Program-made: the position numbers and the translations under genes
Notes under the pieces: generated by a model
The model's input: only the letters and a program-made list of their open reading frames with translations
What the model was told of the DNA's origin: nothing
Databases searched by the model: none
Shown: positions 20,799-32,215 of the stretch, in pieces
Numbering within the stretch: position 1 is the stretch's first letter
Layout: each line of letters begins with the position of its first letter
Assembly (NCBI GenBank): GCA_000998425.1
Contig: LCDG01000001.1
Span: 10,558-74,557 of the forward strand
DNA: 64,000 nucleotides
Direction of reading: 5' to 3'
Source of the DNA: Candidatus Nomurabacteria bacterium GW2011_GWC2_42_20
GTDB lineage: Bacteria; Patescibacteriota; Minisyncoccia; Phycocordibacterales; UBA1550

Positions 20799-21266
20799 AT
20801 GGATACCAAAGTAAAAATTTCCGCAGTAGCACTTCGCTTGCTTTTGGGTTGGTTCATGTTTTTTGATGGACTTGGTATTCTTCTTAATCCAAATTTTACA
20901 GCTACTGGTTTTCTTACAAACGCAAAAACTTTTCAAGGTTTTTATTCATGGTTTGCGCTTCCGATGAATATTTGGTGGGTTGATTTTATTACTCCATTGG
21001 CAATTATTCTTATAGGTGTTTCTCTTTTGGTAGGGGTTGGCGTGCGACTAGCGTCGTGGGCAGGTGCCTTTCTTATGATTATCTATTATTTCCCACATTA
21101 TTATTTTCCAATTGTTACATACGGATACATTGTTGAAGAACATATCATTTACGCAGCAGTCTTTGTTCTAATAGCGCTTTGGACTCCTGCTCAGGAATTT
21201 GGTTTTAGCGGAGTTCTAAAGCGTTCTTTCTTGGGCCGCGTTTCATTTTTACGCTCGATTCTGTAG
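20799..21266 (+). CDS. DoxX/DoxD-family membrane protein
   Basis: LRLLLGW.F..G, LLVG..VRLA, VEEHIIY. Confidence 0.8.
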   Translation: MDTKVKISAVALRLLLGWFMFFDGLGILLNPNFTATGFLTNAKTFQGFYSWFALPMNIWWVDFITPLAIILIGVSLLVGVGVRLASWAGAFLMIIYYFPHYYFPIVTYGYIVEEHIIYAAVFVLIALWTPAQEFGFSGVLKRSFLGRVSFLRSIL

Positions 21267-21358
21267 CTATTAGTCGGTTTTGCAATTAAAAACACAAGCA
21301 CCAATCCGGCAATACCAGTTTGGTGCTTGTGTTTTTGTGGTACCATATTAATAATACG

Positions 21359-22207
21359 ATGAAAAAGATTATGCGCGTTATTTTGGTTGTCGCAGTTGTG
21401 GGGGTAGTTTTCCTTATGCTTTCCTACACAAGCAGTCACAATATGGGCGTGTTCAACCCGAAGGGAACAATTGCCCATGCGGAAATGAACCTTATTGTCA
21501 CGACAACGCTACTCATGCTTATTGTGGTTATCCCTGTATTCGTTATGCTCGCAATTTTTTCATGGAGATACAGGGCTGGTAATACGAAGGCAAAGTATTC
21601 TCCAGACTGGCATAAAAGTATCGCGTTGGAAGTGATTTGGTGGATAATACCAATAATAATTATTGCTATTATTGCAAGGATGACGTGGATTAGTAGTCAT
21701 GATCTTGATCCATATAAACCGATTGCTTCAAGTGTTGTTCCAATTACAATAGAGGTTGTTGCTCTTGAGTGGAAATGGCTGTTCATTTATCCGGATCAAA
21801 ACATCGCTACTTTGAATTTTGTACAATTGCCAATTGATACACCTATTAATTTTAGGATAACTGGCGACGCACCGATGAATTCATTTTGGATTCCCCAGCT
21901 TGCGGGACAAATATATGCAATGGAGAAAGGGGACTATGCAGGTGTTTCCGCAAACTACAGTGGATTTGGGTTTTCGGGAATGAAGTTTACAGCGAGGGCG
22001 AGCTCGCAAGACGAGTTTGAACAGTGGGTGCGAACAGTTCGTATGTCACCAAGCACACTTAGTATTGATGAATACACCAAGCTTGCAGAAAAAAGTAGGA
22101 ATAATGATGTCTCGTACTACTCATCTGTTCACAAAGGTTTGTATGATAAAATAATAATGAAATTCATGGTGCCAGCGAATGTAATAATGACGAAAATGAA
22201 TATGTAA
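21359..22207 (+). CDS. cyoA: cytochrome bo3 ubiquinol oxidase subunit II (internal ~12-aa deletion)
   Basis: [33 protein letters not shown]. Confidence 0.92.
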   Translation: MKKIMRVILVVAVVGVVFLMLSYTSSHNMGVFNPKGTIAHAEMNLIVTTTLLMLIVVIPVFVMLAIFSWRYRAGNTKAKYSPDWHKSIALEVIWWIIPIIIIAIIARMTWISSHDLDPYKPIASSVVPITIEVVALEWKWLFIYPDQNIATLNFVQLPIDTPINFRITGDAPMNSFWIPQLAGQIYAMEKGDYAGVSANYSGFGFSGMKFTARASSQDEFEQWVRTVRMSPSTLSIDEYTKLAEKSRNNDVSYYSSVHKGLYDKIIMKFMVPANVIMTKMNM

Positions 22208-22211
22208 TATT

Positions 22212-24164
22212 ATGTTTGGAAACCTCACACTCTCTGCGCTCCCACATGAACCAATCACCGTTGGAGCTGGTATTTTTATGGCTATCGCTGGCTCAAGCAT
22301 TATAGGACTTTTGTTTTATTTCAAGCGCTGGAGGTGGCTTTGGGCAGAATGGCTCACATCAGTAGATCATAAAAAGATCGGTGTGATGTACATCATTTTG
22401 GCTTTCGTGATGCTTCTCCGCGGCTTTTCTGATGCCGTAATGATGCGATTACAGCAAATATTGTCAGTCGGTGATTCTGTGGGGTATTTGCCACCAGAGC
22501 ATTACGACCAAATATTTACGGCACACGGAGTGATCATGATCTTTTTTGTTGCGATGCCGCTCATGTTTGGGTTAATCAACCTGGCGGTGCCACTTCAGAT
22601 CGGAGCGAGAGATGTTGCTTTTCCTTTTCTCAACTCGATGAGCCTTTGGCTCACTGTTTTTGGCGCGATGTTGGTAAACTTGTCGCTTGTAGTGGGGGAG
22701 TTTGCGGCGACTGGGTGGCTCGCATACCCGCCACTTTCGGGCATTGTGTATAGTCCTGGTGTAGGGGTGGACTATTATATTTGGGCGCTACAGATTGCAG
22801 GTGTCGGAAGCTTGATCTCTGGAATAAATTTCTTTGTAACTATACTTATGATGCGTTGCAAGGGGATGACACTCATGAGGATGCCAGTTTTTGTGTGGAC
22901 CGTCCTTGCTTCTATGACGCTCGTTATTATTTCTTTTCCAATTCTTACAGCCACGCTCGGAATGCTCTCATTGGATAGGCTTCTCGGAATGCATTTTTTT
23001 ACGTCGGACTTTGGCGGGAATGCAATGATGTATGTGAACCTTATTTGGGCGTGGGGGCATCCTGAGGTATATATTCTCGTATTACCAGCATTCGGTATTT
23101 TTTCTGAAGTTGTTTCAGTATTTTCACGCAAGAAACTTTTTGGATATACATCGATGATCTACGCGACAGTTGCTATTACGTTTTTGTCATTTGTGGTTTG
23201 GGTACACCACTTCTTTACGATGGGCGCTGGCGCAAATGTAAATGCTTTCTTTGGCATCATGACAATGATCATTGCCATACCAACTGGTGTGAAGGTTTTT
23301 AATTGGCTATTCACAATGTTTCGCGGACGCATCGTGTTTGCATCGCCAATGCTCTGGATGATTGGGTTTATTTTTACATTCACAATAGGTGGGATGACAG
23401 GAGTTTTGCTTTCCGTGCCAGCTGCTGATTTTCAGCTACACAACAGTTTATTTTTAGTCGCGCATTTTCACAATACGATTATCGGTGGTGTAGTATTCGG
23501 ATACTTTGCTGGGATCACATATTGGTTTTCAAAGATTTTTGGCTTCAAATTGAATGAACGACTCGGCAAGGCTGCCTTTTGGCACTGGATTGTAGGCTTT
23601 TTTGTAGCGTTTGTACCTCTTTATATTCTTGGTCTAATGGGAATGACGAGACGCATAAGCCATATAGATGAATCTACTGGATGGCAGACACTTTTGATCG
23701 TTGCTGGTATCGGTGTAGTAATTATCGGCATCGGTGTCCTGCTACAAATTTTGCAAATGATTGTAAGTATCCGCGACCGCAAGCACAACATGGATACGAC
23801 CGGAGATCCATGGGACGGTAGGACTTTGGAGTGGTCTACATCTTCACCTCCGCCTTTCTATAACTTTGCTATTATCCCAACAGTGCACGGTCGCCACCCT
23901 TTTTGGGATACGAAGTATGGCGAATCCGAACAGGTTGCTCCACACTATGAGGATATTGAAATGCCGAGTAATACGCCGATGGGTTTGTACATTGCATTTG
24001 CGAGCGTGGTATTTGGCTTTGCAATCGTGTGGCATATCGTATGGTTAGTGGTGTTAGCGTTTGCAGCTATTTTGGCGCTTCTTATTGCGCGTTCACTTGA
24101 TTACAATACTGAGTATGTTGTGAAGGCAGAGACGATCGCAAAAATTGAAGCTAAAAGAAAATAA
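22212..24164 (+). CDS. cyoB: cytochrome bo3 ubiquinol oxidase subunit I
   Basis: [36 protein letters not shown]. Confidence 0.97.
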   Translation: MFGNLTLSALPHEPITVGAGIFMAIAGSSIIGLLFYFKRWRWLWAEWLTSVDHKKIGVMYIILAFVMLLRGFSDAVMMRLQQILSVGDSVGYLPPEHYDQIFTAHGVIMIFFVAMPLMFGLINLAVPLQIGARDVAFPFLNSMSLWLTVFGAMLVNLSLVVGEFAATGWLAYPPLSGIVYSPGVGVDYYIWALQIAGVGSLISGINFFVTILMMRCKGMTLMRMPVFVWTVLASMTLVIISFPILTATLGMLSLDRLLGMHFFTSDFGGNAMMYVNLIWAWGHPEVYILVLPAFGIFSEVVSVFSRKKLFGYTSMIYATVAITFLSFVVWVHHFFTMGAGANVNAFFGIMTMIIAIPTGVKVFNWLFTMFRGRIVFASPMLWMIGFIFTFTIGGMTGVLLSVPAADFQLHNSLFLVAHFHNTIIGGVVFGYFAGITYWFSKIFGFKLNERLGKAAFWHWIVGFFVAFVPLYILGLMGMTRRISHIDESTGWQTLLIVAGIGVVIIGIGVLLQILQMIVSIRDRKHNMDTTGDPWDGRTLEWSTSSPPPFYNFAIIPTVHGRHPFWDTKYGESEQVAPHYEDIEMPSNTPMGLYIAFASVVFGFAIVWHIVWLVVLAFAAILALLIARSLDYNTEYVVKAETIAKIEAKRK

Positions 24165-24165
24165 T

Positions 24166-24780
24166 ATGAAAGAAGAAACACTAAATCATAACAGTTTCCG
24201 ACCAGGGCGTGAGTCTGCTGACGGAGAAGCGAAGGCAATCTTCGGTTTCTGGGTATATATTATGAGTGACACACTTTTGTTTGCTGCTATCTTTGCTACA
24301 CATGCAGTGCTTCACAATAATACCTTCGATGGTCCGTCGGCAAAGGAGCTTGTTAATATGACATTTGTTTTGACTGAGACACTCGTTCTTCTCGCAAGTA
24401 GTTTTGCGTTTGGTATTGCTTCTACATATGCGCATCATCATAATAAGAAAAATATTGTACTTGTATGGATCAGTGTCACATTTCTTCTAGGCGCAGCATT
24501 TATTGGGATGGAGATGACGGAGTTTGCAAAGCTTTTTCAAGAAGGGAATAGTTGGCAGAGGAGCGGATTTTTATCAGGTTTCTTTACCCTTATTGGTACG
24601 CACGGGCTGCATGTGACTGCAGGTCTCATTTGGATGGTGAGTGTATTTGCTCAGGTATTGAAGTATGGGCTCACAGACAGAACAATAGGGAGAATATCAA
24701 CACTAGGACTATTTTGGCATTTCCTCTACATCGTGTGGATATTTATATTCACCCTTGTTTATCTTATGGGGGTAATATAA
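24166..24780 (+). CDS. cyoC: cytochrome bo3 oxidase subunit III
   Basis: FGFWVYIMSD, GTHGLHV, FWHF. Confidence 0.93.
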   Translation: MKEETLNHNSFRPGRESADGEAKAIFGFWVYIMSDTLLFAAIFATHAVLHNNTFDGPSAKELVNMTFVLTETLVLLASSFAFGIASTYAHHHNKKNIVLVWISVTFLLGAAFIGMEMTEFAKLFQEGNSWQRSGFLSGFFTLIGTHGLHVTAGLIWMVSVFAQVLKYGLTDRTIGRISTLGLFWHFLYIVWIFIFTLVYLMGVI

Positions 24781-24787
24781 AAATACT

Positions 24788-25171
24788 ATGACAAACAATT
24801 TTGAAGTCATTGATGAACGATATGAAGCAAGTCACCATGCATTTAAATCATATGCCATTGGGTTTGTGTTGTCTCTTTTGTTCACAATTGTTCCGTATTT
24901 TCTAGTTATCAAACGCCTGTTTGGTGACCAGAGCCTAATATTGGCGGTGGTTTTTTTCGCCGTCGCACAGTTTTTTGTACAGGTAGTATTCTTCCTTCAT
25001 CTTCATAAAAAATCGCGACCGCGTTGGAATATGATTGTTTTCATTTTTACGATTTTGATTGTCGCAATTTTGGTCGTAGGGTCTCTGTGGGTCATGCGTA
25101 ACCTAGATTACAACATGACGAAAGTGTTCGATCTGAACACAAATGAAGGGTATATGCTAGAAAAAAAATGA
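24788..25171 (+). CDS. cyoD: cytochrome bo3 oxidase subunit IV
   Basis: Y.IGFVLS, Q..FFLH, GSLWVM.NL.YNM. Confidence 0.92.
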   Translation: MTNNFEVIDERYEASHHAFKSYAIGFVLSLLFTIVPYFLVIKRLFGDQSLILAVVFFAVAQFFVQVVFFLHLHKKSRPRWNMIVFIFTILIVAILVVGSLWVMRNLDYNMTKVFDLNTNEGYMLEKK

Positions 25172-26031
25172 TCAAAGATTATTATTTCATAACAAAACCA
25201 GGAATTATAGGAGGCAACGCAATTACTGCTATTGCTGGTTTTTTACTTGCATCTAGAGGGGATATCAATTGGCTCATTCTCTTCGCGACACTTGCTGGGC
25301 TTTCTCTTGTTGTTGCATCAGGATGCGTTTTTAACAATTACATCGACCGCGACATTGATGCAATCATGGAGCGTACAAAAAACCGCACAATGGCACAAGG
25401 GCGGTCATCTCTTAGAAGCGCACTCGTGTATGCGTCGGTGCTTGGACTAACCGGTCTTGGTATTTTATATTTTTATACAAATTTTTTAGCGATGGCAGCC
25501 GCACTTATAGGGCTCTTTGTTTATGTAGTTGGATATAGTTTGTGGCTCAAGCGCACTTCTACCATTAGCGCCATTATTGGAAGTGTCTCTGGAGCTATGC
25601 CTCCAGTTGTGGGGTATCTTGCGGTGACTGGAAACATTGACCTAGGTGCTGTCATTATATTTTTTATTCTCGCGTTTTGGCAGATGCCCCATTCGTATGC
25701 AATTGCCATATATCGGCTCAGGGATTATACAAATGCGAGTATCCCCGTTTTACCAGCAGAAAAAGGAATTTATATGACAAAGGTGCATATGCTTATTTAT
25801 GTTGCCCTTTTTGTAATGGCAAGTTTGGCGCTGTCTGTATTTGGTTATGCAGGGCAGCTTTATTTTTGTGCAATGATATTGTTTGGATTCGCGTGGTTCC
25901 TCCTGTGTGTTAAGGGTTTCTTCATTAAAACAACTAATAATAAAAAATGGGCGCACAGCATGTATATTTTTTCAATCATTATTATTGCAATGTTTTTCCT
26001 AGTTGTTTTGGTTGAGGCGCTACAGATATAG
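25168..26031 (+). CDS. cyoE: heme O synthase
   Basis: TKPGII.GN, NN.IDRDID..MERT.NR, WQMPH. Confidence 0.95.
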   Translation: MIKDYYFITKPGIIGGNAITAIAGFLLASRGDINWLILFATLAGLSLVVASGCVFNNYIDRDIDAIMERTKNRTMAQGRSSLRSALVYASVLGLTGLGILYFYTNFLAMAAALIGLFVYVVGYSLWLKRTSTISAIIGSVSGAMPPVVGYLAVTGNIDLGAVIIFFILAFWQMPHSYAIAIYRLRDYTNASIPVLPAEKGIYMTKVHMLIYVALFVMASLALSVFGYAGQLYFCAMILFGFAWFLLCVKGFFIKTTNNKKWAHSMYIFSIIIIAMFFLVVLVEALQI

Positions 26032-26065
26032 TGTGAGAGTTGCGCTATTATGGTAAAATGTGTAT

Positions 26066-26683
26066 ATGCCGCCTCTTGCTTTTGCAGACATCAGGATACT
26101 TTCTTGTTTAAATACTCCCAAAAAAATACAAGATTTTTTAGATTCACTTCCAATAAATCTTGAGAAAAGAGGAGAGACGTGTATGTCGCCAAGCCGTGTT
26201 CTAAGAGAAAAAAGAGCGCACTGCATAGAAGGCGCAATGCTTGCTGCGACCGCACTATGGTTACAAGGGGAGAAACCACTTATTATGAGTTTAAAAGTTT
26301 CGCGTGGCGACTATGACCATGTTGTTGCTCTATATAAAAAAAACGGTCACTGGGGGGCGATAAGTAAAACTAATCATTCGGTGCTTCGTTTTCGTGACCC
26401 AGTTTATCGTACATTGCGTGAGTTAGCCCTTTCATATTTTCATGAATATTTTCTTATTTCGAACGGTAAAAAAACCATGCGAGGATATTCGAGGCCAATC
26501 AATATGAAGCGATTTGGAAGGAATTGGGTAATGGCAGAAGATGATTTGTGGGATATAGGCAATGCGATTTTTAATTCACCGCATATTAAAGTTGTTCCTA
26601 AGAAAAACGAAAAGCATATTCGTACAGCACACCCGTTGGAACGAAGGGCCGCAAGCCTAAAGGAGTGGAGAGGAAACAAGTAG
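26066..26683 (+). CDS. transglutaminase-like hypothetical protein
   Basis: AHCIEGA, DHVVA, GAISKTN, R.P.YR..RELA.SYFHEY. Confidence 0.7.
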   Translation: MPPLAFADIRILSCLNTPKKIQDFLDSLPINLEKRGETCMSPSRVLREKRAHCIEGAMLAATALWLQGEKPLIMSLKVSRGDYDHVVALYKKNGHWGAISKTNHSVLRFRDPVYRTLRELALSYFHEYFLISNGKKTMRGYSRPINMKRFGRNWVMAEDDLWDIGNAIFNSPHIKVVPKKNEKHIRTAHPLERRAASLKEWRGNK

Positions 26684-26695
26684 CACATAACACAG

Positions 26696-26992
26696 ATGAT
26701 AAAAAAATATATAGAATATTATAGAGATAATCCGGAGGAGCTTTGGTTCAAAAGAAAGCTTTTTGGTTGGGGGTGGGTGCCAGTTAGATGGCAGGGCTGG
26801 TTTACTCTCGCTGTTTACCTTGTTGTCATGACTCCATCTCTAATAAAAATAGATACATATTCCAATACAAACGACGAAGGAATAATTATGCCTGCTACTA
26901 TATTTATTATCGCAACGACAGCATTGATTTATGCTTGCTATAAAAAAGGAGAGAAACCAAAATGGCAATGGGGCCTCCCAAAGAAAAAATGA
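26696..26992 (+). CDS. small membrane protein
   Basis: WFKRK.FGWGW.P..WQGW, two TM segments. Confidence 0.75.
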   Translation: MIKKYIEYYRDNPEELWFKRKLFGWGWVPVRWQGWFTLAVYLVVMTPSLIKIDTYSNTNDEGIIMPATIFIIATTALIYACYKKGEKPKWQWGLPKKK

Positions 26993-27606
26993 AATATAAA
27001 ACATTGATTTTGGGTATTTTTTTGATAATGCTGTTTGTGTTTGGTGCTTATTATTTCTCTCGTACTGAGAATATTACCAACTACCCATCAAAAGGTACTG
27101 ATATTATTGCGTTCGGAGATAGTTTGGTCGTAGGTGTTGGTTCGACAAACGAAAATGATTTTGTGTCGCTACTCTCGCAAAAGATTGGTCTTCCGATTAT
27201 CAACTTGGGACACTCTGGTGACACCACAATTGACGGGATAGAGCGTATAAATGAGTTGGATGATTATAATCCCAAAGTAGTCATCCTGCTCCTTGGCGGT
27301 AATGATCATTTAAAAAAGATATCTGTCACCGACACACATAAAAATCTTGCAGTTCTTATTGAAAATATTCAATCACGCGGAGCAGTTGTGCTTTTGCTCG
27401 GAGTTAGGGGTGGACTTTTTAATGATCGATTTGATACTGAGTTTGAAAAATTGCGTAACACCTACAATACTGCGTTTGTCCCAGACGTACTAGACGGGCT
27501 TTTTGGTAATGCAAAATATATGTCAGACCCAATACATCCAAATGATATCGGATATAAAATAATAGCTGGACGCGTTTACCCTGTACTCACTGGAATTATT
27601 AAGTAG
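26989..27606 (+). CDS. SGNH/GDSL esterase
   Basis: FGDSL, G.SGDT, GGND, DPIHPN. Confidence 0.92.
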   Translation: MKYKTLILGIFLIMLFVFGAYYFSRTENITNYPSKGTDIIAFGDSLVVGVGSTNENDFVSLLSQKIGLPIINLGHSGDTTIDGIERINELDDYNPKVVILLLGGNDHLKKISVTDTHKNLAVLIENIQSRGAVVLLLGVRGGLFNDRFDTEFEKLRNTYNTAFVPDVLDGLFGNAKYMSDPIHPNDIGYKIIAGRVYPVLTGIIK

Positions 27607-27608
27607 CA

Positions 27609-27638
27609 TGTAAGATTTTTTGCAACACGTCGTCTTCA
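27609..27638 (+). promoter_or_regulatory. putative ECF-sigma promoter
   Basis: TGTAAG-16 nt-CGTCTTCA, same elements and spacing as at 49207. Confidence 0.65.
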
Positions 27639-27674
27639 TTTGTGAGGGAATAACCCTTTAACACAACATTACAT

Positions 27675-28298
27675 ATGAAAAAACTTCTAGCAATAATTTT
27701 GTGCGCGTCTATTATTACACCATCTTTTGTTTTTGCAAGTGAGAAATCTGAGCAAAAAAGAGACAACGATTATCGGAAATCAGCTCAAATGGTTGATAAA
27801 AACGAAAAAAGAGAGAGTAGTAAGGAAAAAAGTGGAGAGGAAAAAGTAGAATTAAAGGATAAAAAATATGAAAAGAAAGCACAGAAGCAAGTAGAACTTG
27901 TTGTCAAGCGTATAGAATCTGCAATCGAGCGCGTACAGAAACTTTCTAATCGAGTATCTGAAAGATTGAACAAACTCGAAGCAGAGGGTTTTGATGTAAC
28001 TACATCACGCGCATATCTTACAGAGGCAACGAAGAAACTTGATGATGCGAGGGTAAAAGAGTCTACGTTAAAAATAGATACGGCAACATTTTTTGCGACT
28101 ACAACTCAAATATATAATTTGAAAAATATCCAAAGTTCTGTGAAGGACATTATAAAAGTTATTCAAGGAGCCCACAAGAATGTAGCGCAGGCTATATCGT
28201 CAGCAAAACCAGGACAGAGTAAATCTGTTAACGTTGCAACTTCAACTGCGGTAACACAAGAAGCTTTTACAGCGACAATTACTGATGCTGTAATCTAA
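27675..28298 (+). CDS. secreted coiled-coil protein
   Basis: Signal peptide ending VFA; charged helical body. Confidence 0.75.
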   Translation: MKKLLAIILCASIITPSFVFASEKSEQKRDNDYRKSAQMVDKNEKRESSKEKSGEEKVELKDKKYEKKAQKQVELVVKRIESAIERVQKLSNRVSERLNKLEAEGFDVTTSRAYLTEATKKLDDARVKESTLKIDTATFFATTTQIYNLKNIQSSVKDIIKVIQGAHKNVAQAISSAKPGQSKSVNVATSTAVTQEAFTATITDAVI

Positions 28299-28562
28299 AT
28301 ATAATAAAATAATATTATTTTGTGTTGGGTAAGGCTCGTAATTCAAATCAGCGGGTTGGAATTGGTAGACAATGCTGATATACTTGATTAAAATTATAAT
28401 ACTGAATTGCTCATATAATTTTTATAATGGCGCGCGACACGTAAGCCAGCTCCACTGGCGAAACGGGTGATTCGTCTACTGAATTAGAAGCTAAATTTAT
28501 CAATTCTGCATTGTCTACGCGGTGGCATCCTGTATTATCAGCATCTAATTTGCACATACTTC

Positions 28563-29705
28563 ATGAAGGTTGCATTTATACACAACGAAAAAAAGATAGG
28601 GACTGGCGCGCATTATATTAATGACCTGATGTCTTCGAAGCTCAAGGGTATGGGTGTAGAGATAAAGAATTTTTATCCACGAACTTCTTTTGATGCGCCA
28701 ATGCACTTGAGTGGGCTAAAAAACATACTCTTTTTTCATTCTCTGATTGAGAAGAGAAACGAAATTCTTAAATTTGATCTGATACAAGGTACTACATATA
28801 CACCGCTCCCTTTTCTGGCATACCCAATCCCAGTTATTTCTCACTTTGGATCTACAACTAATGGCTTTTTGAATACTACCCCTTTGGCTAGCCAGCTCGA
28901 GGATGGTCCACGCGATGTATGGTATGGGCTTAAAAAAGCAAAAGTAATAAAGGAGTTGAACATAAGAACACGACGACCCCTTAGGGATATCGCGGAAATT
29001 GAAGAACTTGTAGCCATAAAAGCTGACGCAATCATTGCAACTTCAGTTAATGTTAAAAACGAACTTATCGCAATCGGTGTAGATGAAGAAAAAATACACA
29101 TGATTCATAATGCAATTGAGGATTATTGGTTTGATAACAGTAATACTAAAATTGTCGATGAGCCACAAATCGTTTTTCTTGGAAGGATTGGAAATGACGC
29201 ATTTAATTTAAAATTAAAAGGACTCGATAGACTTATTCATCTATATAACCAGTTCAAGGATGTTAAAAAAACCACGATATGTATGACTACAAACAAGGGT
29301 GTTGTTTCGTGGTTGATGGATAATATCCCTAATCATTCCCTGTTTGTAAATATGAAGAAGGACAGAATCCCGGAGACAGTAAAAAATCTTAGGGGTAGTA
29401 TTTTATTTCTTTCTTCTCGGTATGAAGGATTTTCACTAAGCCTTATCGAAGGCATGTCGCAAGGGTTGGTTCCTGTAGCGTACCCTGTCGGTGTTGCGCC
29501 AGAGATTATTCGCAATGGAGAAAATGGTTTTCTTGTCTCATCTCAATCTGAAGCAGTTGAAAAAATAAAAATACTTTTAGCTAATCCGGAGCTTAGAAAA
29601 AAGTGTGTAATAGAAGCAGAGAAGACAGCCAGAAATTTTTCAGGTTCTGAGATAACAAAAAAATTGATAAAACTTTATGAAAAGATTGGAAGGAAGAGAC
29701 AGTAG
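28563..29705 (+). CDS. glycosyltransferase family 4
   Basis: KG.D, SRYEGFSLSLIEGMSQG, NGENGFLV. Confidence 0.92.
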   Translation: MKVAFIHNEKKIGTGAHYINDLMSSKLKGMGVEIKNFYPRTSFDAPMHLSGLKNILFFHSLIEKRNEILKFDLIQGTTYTPLPFLAYPIPVISHFGSTTNGFLNTTPLASQLEDGPRDVWYGLKKAKVIKELNIRTRRPLRDIAEIEELVAIKADAIIATSVNVKNELIAIGVDEEKIHMIHNAIEDYWFDNSNTKIVDEPQIVFLGRIGNDAFNLKLKGLDRLIHLYNQFKDVKKTTICMTTNKGVVSWLMDNIPNHSLFVNMKKDRIPETVKNLRGSILFLSSRYEGFSLSLIEGMSQGLVPVAYPVGVAPEIIRNGENGFLVSSQSEAVEKIKILLANPELRKKCVIEAEKTARNFSGSEITKKLIKLYEKIGRKRQ

Positions 29706-29777
29706 GTTGCAACAAATTGGTAACCTATAGCAAAAGACGGTTGTTTATTTAAAAATACGGCGTACAATATGTTTATT

Positions 29778-30413
29778 ATGACAAACATAAAGATTGCGAA
29801 GATTATGGCAATAATTGTCGCACTGGTTGGCTTATTGGTGGTATTTGGATGGGTCGTGGATATTCAGGTGATCAAGAGTATTTCGCCACAATGGATCCCA
29901 ATGAGATTTATTACAGCTGTAACCTTTATCTTTGGCGGAATATCTCTTTACTACATTGCAGAAACTATTAATAGGGATGAGGGTATCGCATCAGCCGCTG
30001 TTCCTTTAATGAGCATTATTATATTGGCAATTATGGGTGTTTTTCTTGTCGCTATCTTTAGTGGCTCTAAAACAGGTCTCGATGAATTTTTTATTAAAGA
30101 AACTCAAAGTGAAACAAATGCCTTTCCACCAGGATTCCCATCTACGGGTGTGATAGCCAGCTTTATTATCCTGGGCATCGCTGGTTTTGCTACAGCTTTT
30201 GGTATAAAAAACATAAAAAAATATTTGAGGATATCTGGTCAAATTATGACTGCTATCGGTGGGGTTGGACTAATTGGTTATGTTGTTGGTTCCGACGTGC
30301 TGACATACAATATACCTGGTTTTAGCGCTACAATCGCATTTCATGCTGCGGTTTTAATAATTCTTCTTGGTTACGGTCTTATACTTGTCGGTAAAGAGGC
30401 AAAGGAGATTTAG
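29778..30413 (+). CDS. multi-pass membrane protein resembling a stand-alone sensor input domain
   Basis: About 6 TM segments, GW..DI, M...TA motif, no cytoplasmic output. Confidence 0.65.
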   Translation: MTNIKIAKIMAIIVALVGLLVVFGWVVDIQVIKSISPQWIPMRFITAVTFIFGGISLYYIAETINRDEGIASAAVPLMSIIILAIMGVFLVAIFSGSKTGLDEFFIKETQSETNAFPPGFPSTGVIASFIILGIAGFATAFGIKNIKKYLRISGQIMTAIGGVGLIGYVVGSDVLTYNIPGFSATIAFHAAVLIILLGYGLILVGKEAKEI

Positions 30414-30460
30414 TTCATAAAAAGATATCTTACTGTTTTTGTTGTATACTAGGACCTTAT

Positions 30461-32122
30461 ATGAACCAGGACGAAGCATTTGAAATACTAAAAACTGGGC
30501 GAAATGTCTTTGTGACTGGCCCAGCCGGAAGCGGGAAGACACATCTTGTCAACCGCTATATCGCTTACTTGCGTGAACACGACATCGATATAGGCATCAC
30601 TGCATCCACGGGGATTGCAGCCACGCATATGGGTGGAGTGACGATACACTCGTGGGCAGGTATCGGTGTCGCAGCACATTTATCACCGTACGACCTTGAG
30701 GCGATGCTTGAGAAAGGGTACTTGTACAAGAGGTTCGAAAAAGTGAAAGTATTGATTATTGATGAAGTTTCTATGCTTCACCATTTTCGTTTGGACTTAG
30801 TCAATCGCGTGCTTAAAACAATGAAGTGCGGGGATAAGCCATTTGGGGGAGTCCAAGTGATTTTGTGCGGAGATTTTTTTCAGTTGCCACCAGTTACGCG
30901 TATTGGCGAGCCGGAATCGCATTTTGTATATAAGAGTGACGCGTGGCAAGATGCAAATTTTACAATCTGTTATTTGTCGGAACAGTTTCGTCAACAAGAT
31001 GACGCGACAATCTCGATACTAAATGAAATTCGTTCCGGAGAAGTTTCTGAGAAGGCGAGAGAGCACCTGCGAGCACGCCATAATGTTCGCTCTGCAAAAT
31101 TTACGACATCAACAAAACTTTTTACACATAATGCTGACGTAGATACGTTAAATGATACCGAACTCGAAAATGTTGAAGGTGATGATATAACCACATATGT
31201 AATGGGAAGTCGTGGCAAGGAAGCTATCACTGCAACGCTTAAAAAATCCTGCCTTGCCCCAGAGACACTTCGCTTAAAACCAGGTGCTCGTGTGATGTGT
31301 GTAAAGAACAATTTTGAGGCTGGTTATGTGAATGGAACACTTGGTGTCGTCGTGTCGTGCAGTGAAAATGAAGACCCTGTAATTTGTACTGTTGATGGGA
31401 AAAAAATGACTATTCCACGCGCGTCATGGAAGATTGAGGAAGATGGAAAAGTAAAGGCAGAAATTTTGCAGTATCCACTTCGCCTTGCGTGGGCCATCAC
31501 TGTGCACAAGAGCCAGGGGATGAGCCTGGACGCAGTTGAAGTGGACCTTTCAAAATCGTTTGAACCTGGAATGGGATATGTAGCGCTTTCGCGAGTTCGT
31601 TCCCTCGAAGGGCTTACTATTTTAGGAATGAATGAGAATGCGCTTCGTGTACACGATGAAGTTCGCGAGCTTGATCATGAGTTTCAGGAAATATCAGCAC
31701 AAGCTCGTGATGAAATGAAAAGAATCGACTCAAAGGAGCTTGCGCGTCTACAAGAAGAATTTCTCGCGCGTTCACGTCCACCTCAAAAAGAAAAAAAGCT
31801 TGCGACCCACAAGGCAACAGAAGCATTGATTGCCGAGAAAAAAAGTTTGGCAGAAATCTCGGAGGCGCGCGAAATGACAGCTGAAACAATTGTCGCGCAT
31901 ATAGAGAAGCTAATGGAGGAAGAGTCTCGCGTGGATATGCGACACCTAAGGAATGAGATTTCTCATGCGCATTTTTTAAAAATAGAAAAAGCTATAACAG
32001 AACTTTTAAAGGACGGAAAGATAGCGCTACTTACACCAATTAAAAATAAGGTTGGACCTAATGTTTCTTTCTTGCACATACGTCTTGCACGAGCCCTGTT
32101 GGGGCATGCTCCGAAAAACTAG
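30461..32122 (+). CDS. PIF1-family helicase with C-terminal HTH
   Basis: TGPAGSGKT, IDEVSM, GDFFQLPPV, AITVHKSQG, YVALSR. Confidence 0.93.
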   Translation: MNQDEAFEILKTGRNVFVTGPAGSGKTHLVNRYIAYLREHDIDIGITASTGIAATHMGGVTIHSWAGIGVAAHLSPYDLEAMLEKGYLYKRFEKVKVLIIDEVSMLHHFRLDLVNRVLKTMKCGDKPFGGVQVILCGDFFQLPPVTRIGEPESHFVYKSDAWQDANFTICYLSEQFRQQDDATISILNEIRSGEVSEKAREHLRARHNVRSAKFTTSTKLFTHNADVDTLNDTELENVEGDDITTYVMGSRGKEAITATLKKSCLAPETLRLKPGARVMCVKNNFEAGYVNGTLGVVVSCSENEDPVICTVDGKKMTIPRASWKIEEDGKVKAEILQYPLRLAWAITVHKSQGMSLDAVEVDLSKSFEPGMGYVALSRVRSLEGLTILGMNENALRVHDEVRELDHEFQEISAQARDEMKRIDSKELARLQEEFLARSRPPQKEKKLATHKATEALIAEKKSLAEISEAREMTAETIVAHIEKLMEEESRVDMRHLRNEISHAHFLKIEKAITELLKDGKIALLTPIKNKVGPNVSFLHIRLARALLGHAPKN

Positions 32123-32215
32123 GAGAAGTAGTTTTTGTAATACTTTCTTGCATGTGGTAGTTTTGATTAGGCGAACCTTCTGGTTCTTTTTGAAATCATG
32201 GTTTAAGGAGAAATC

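Noticed and set aside
28430-28500. actggcgaaa segment reminiscent of a ZTP riboswitch
   Set aside because: The downstream conserved elements (GGGGAGC, CGCCUGGG) are missing and the downstream gene does not fit.
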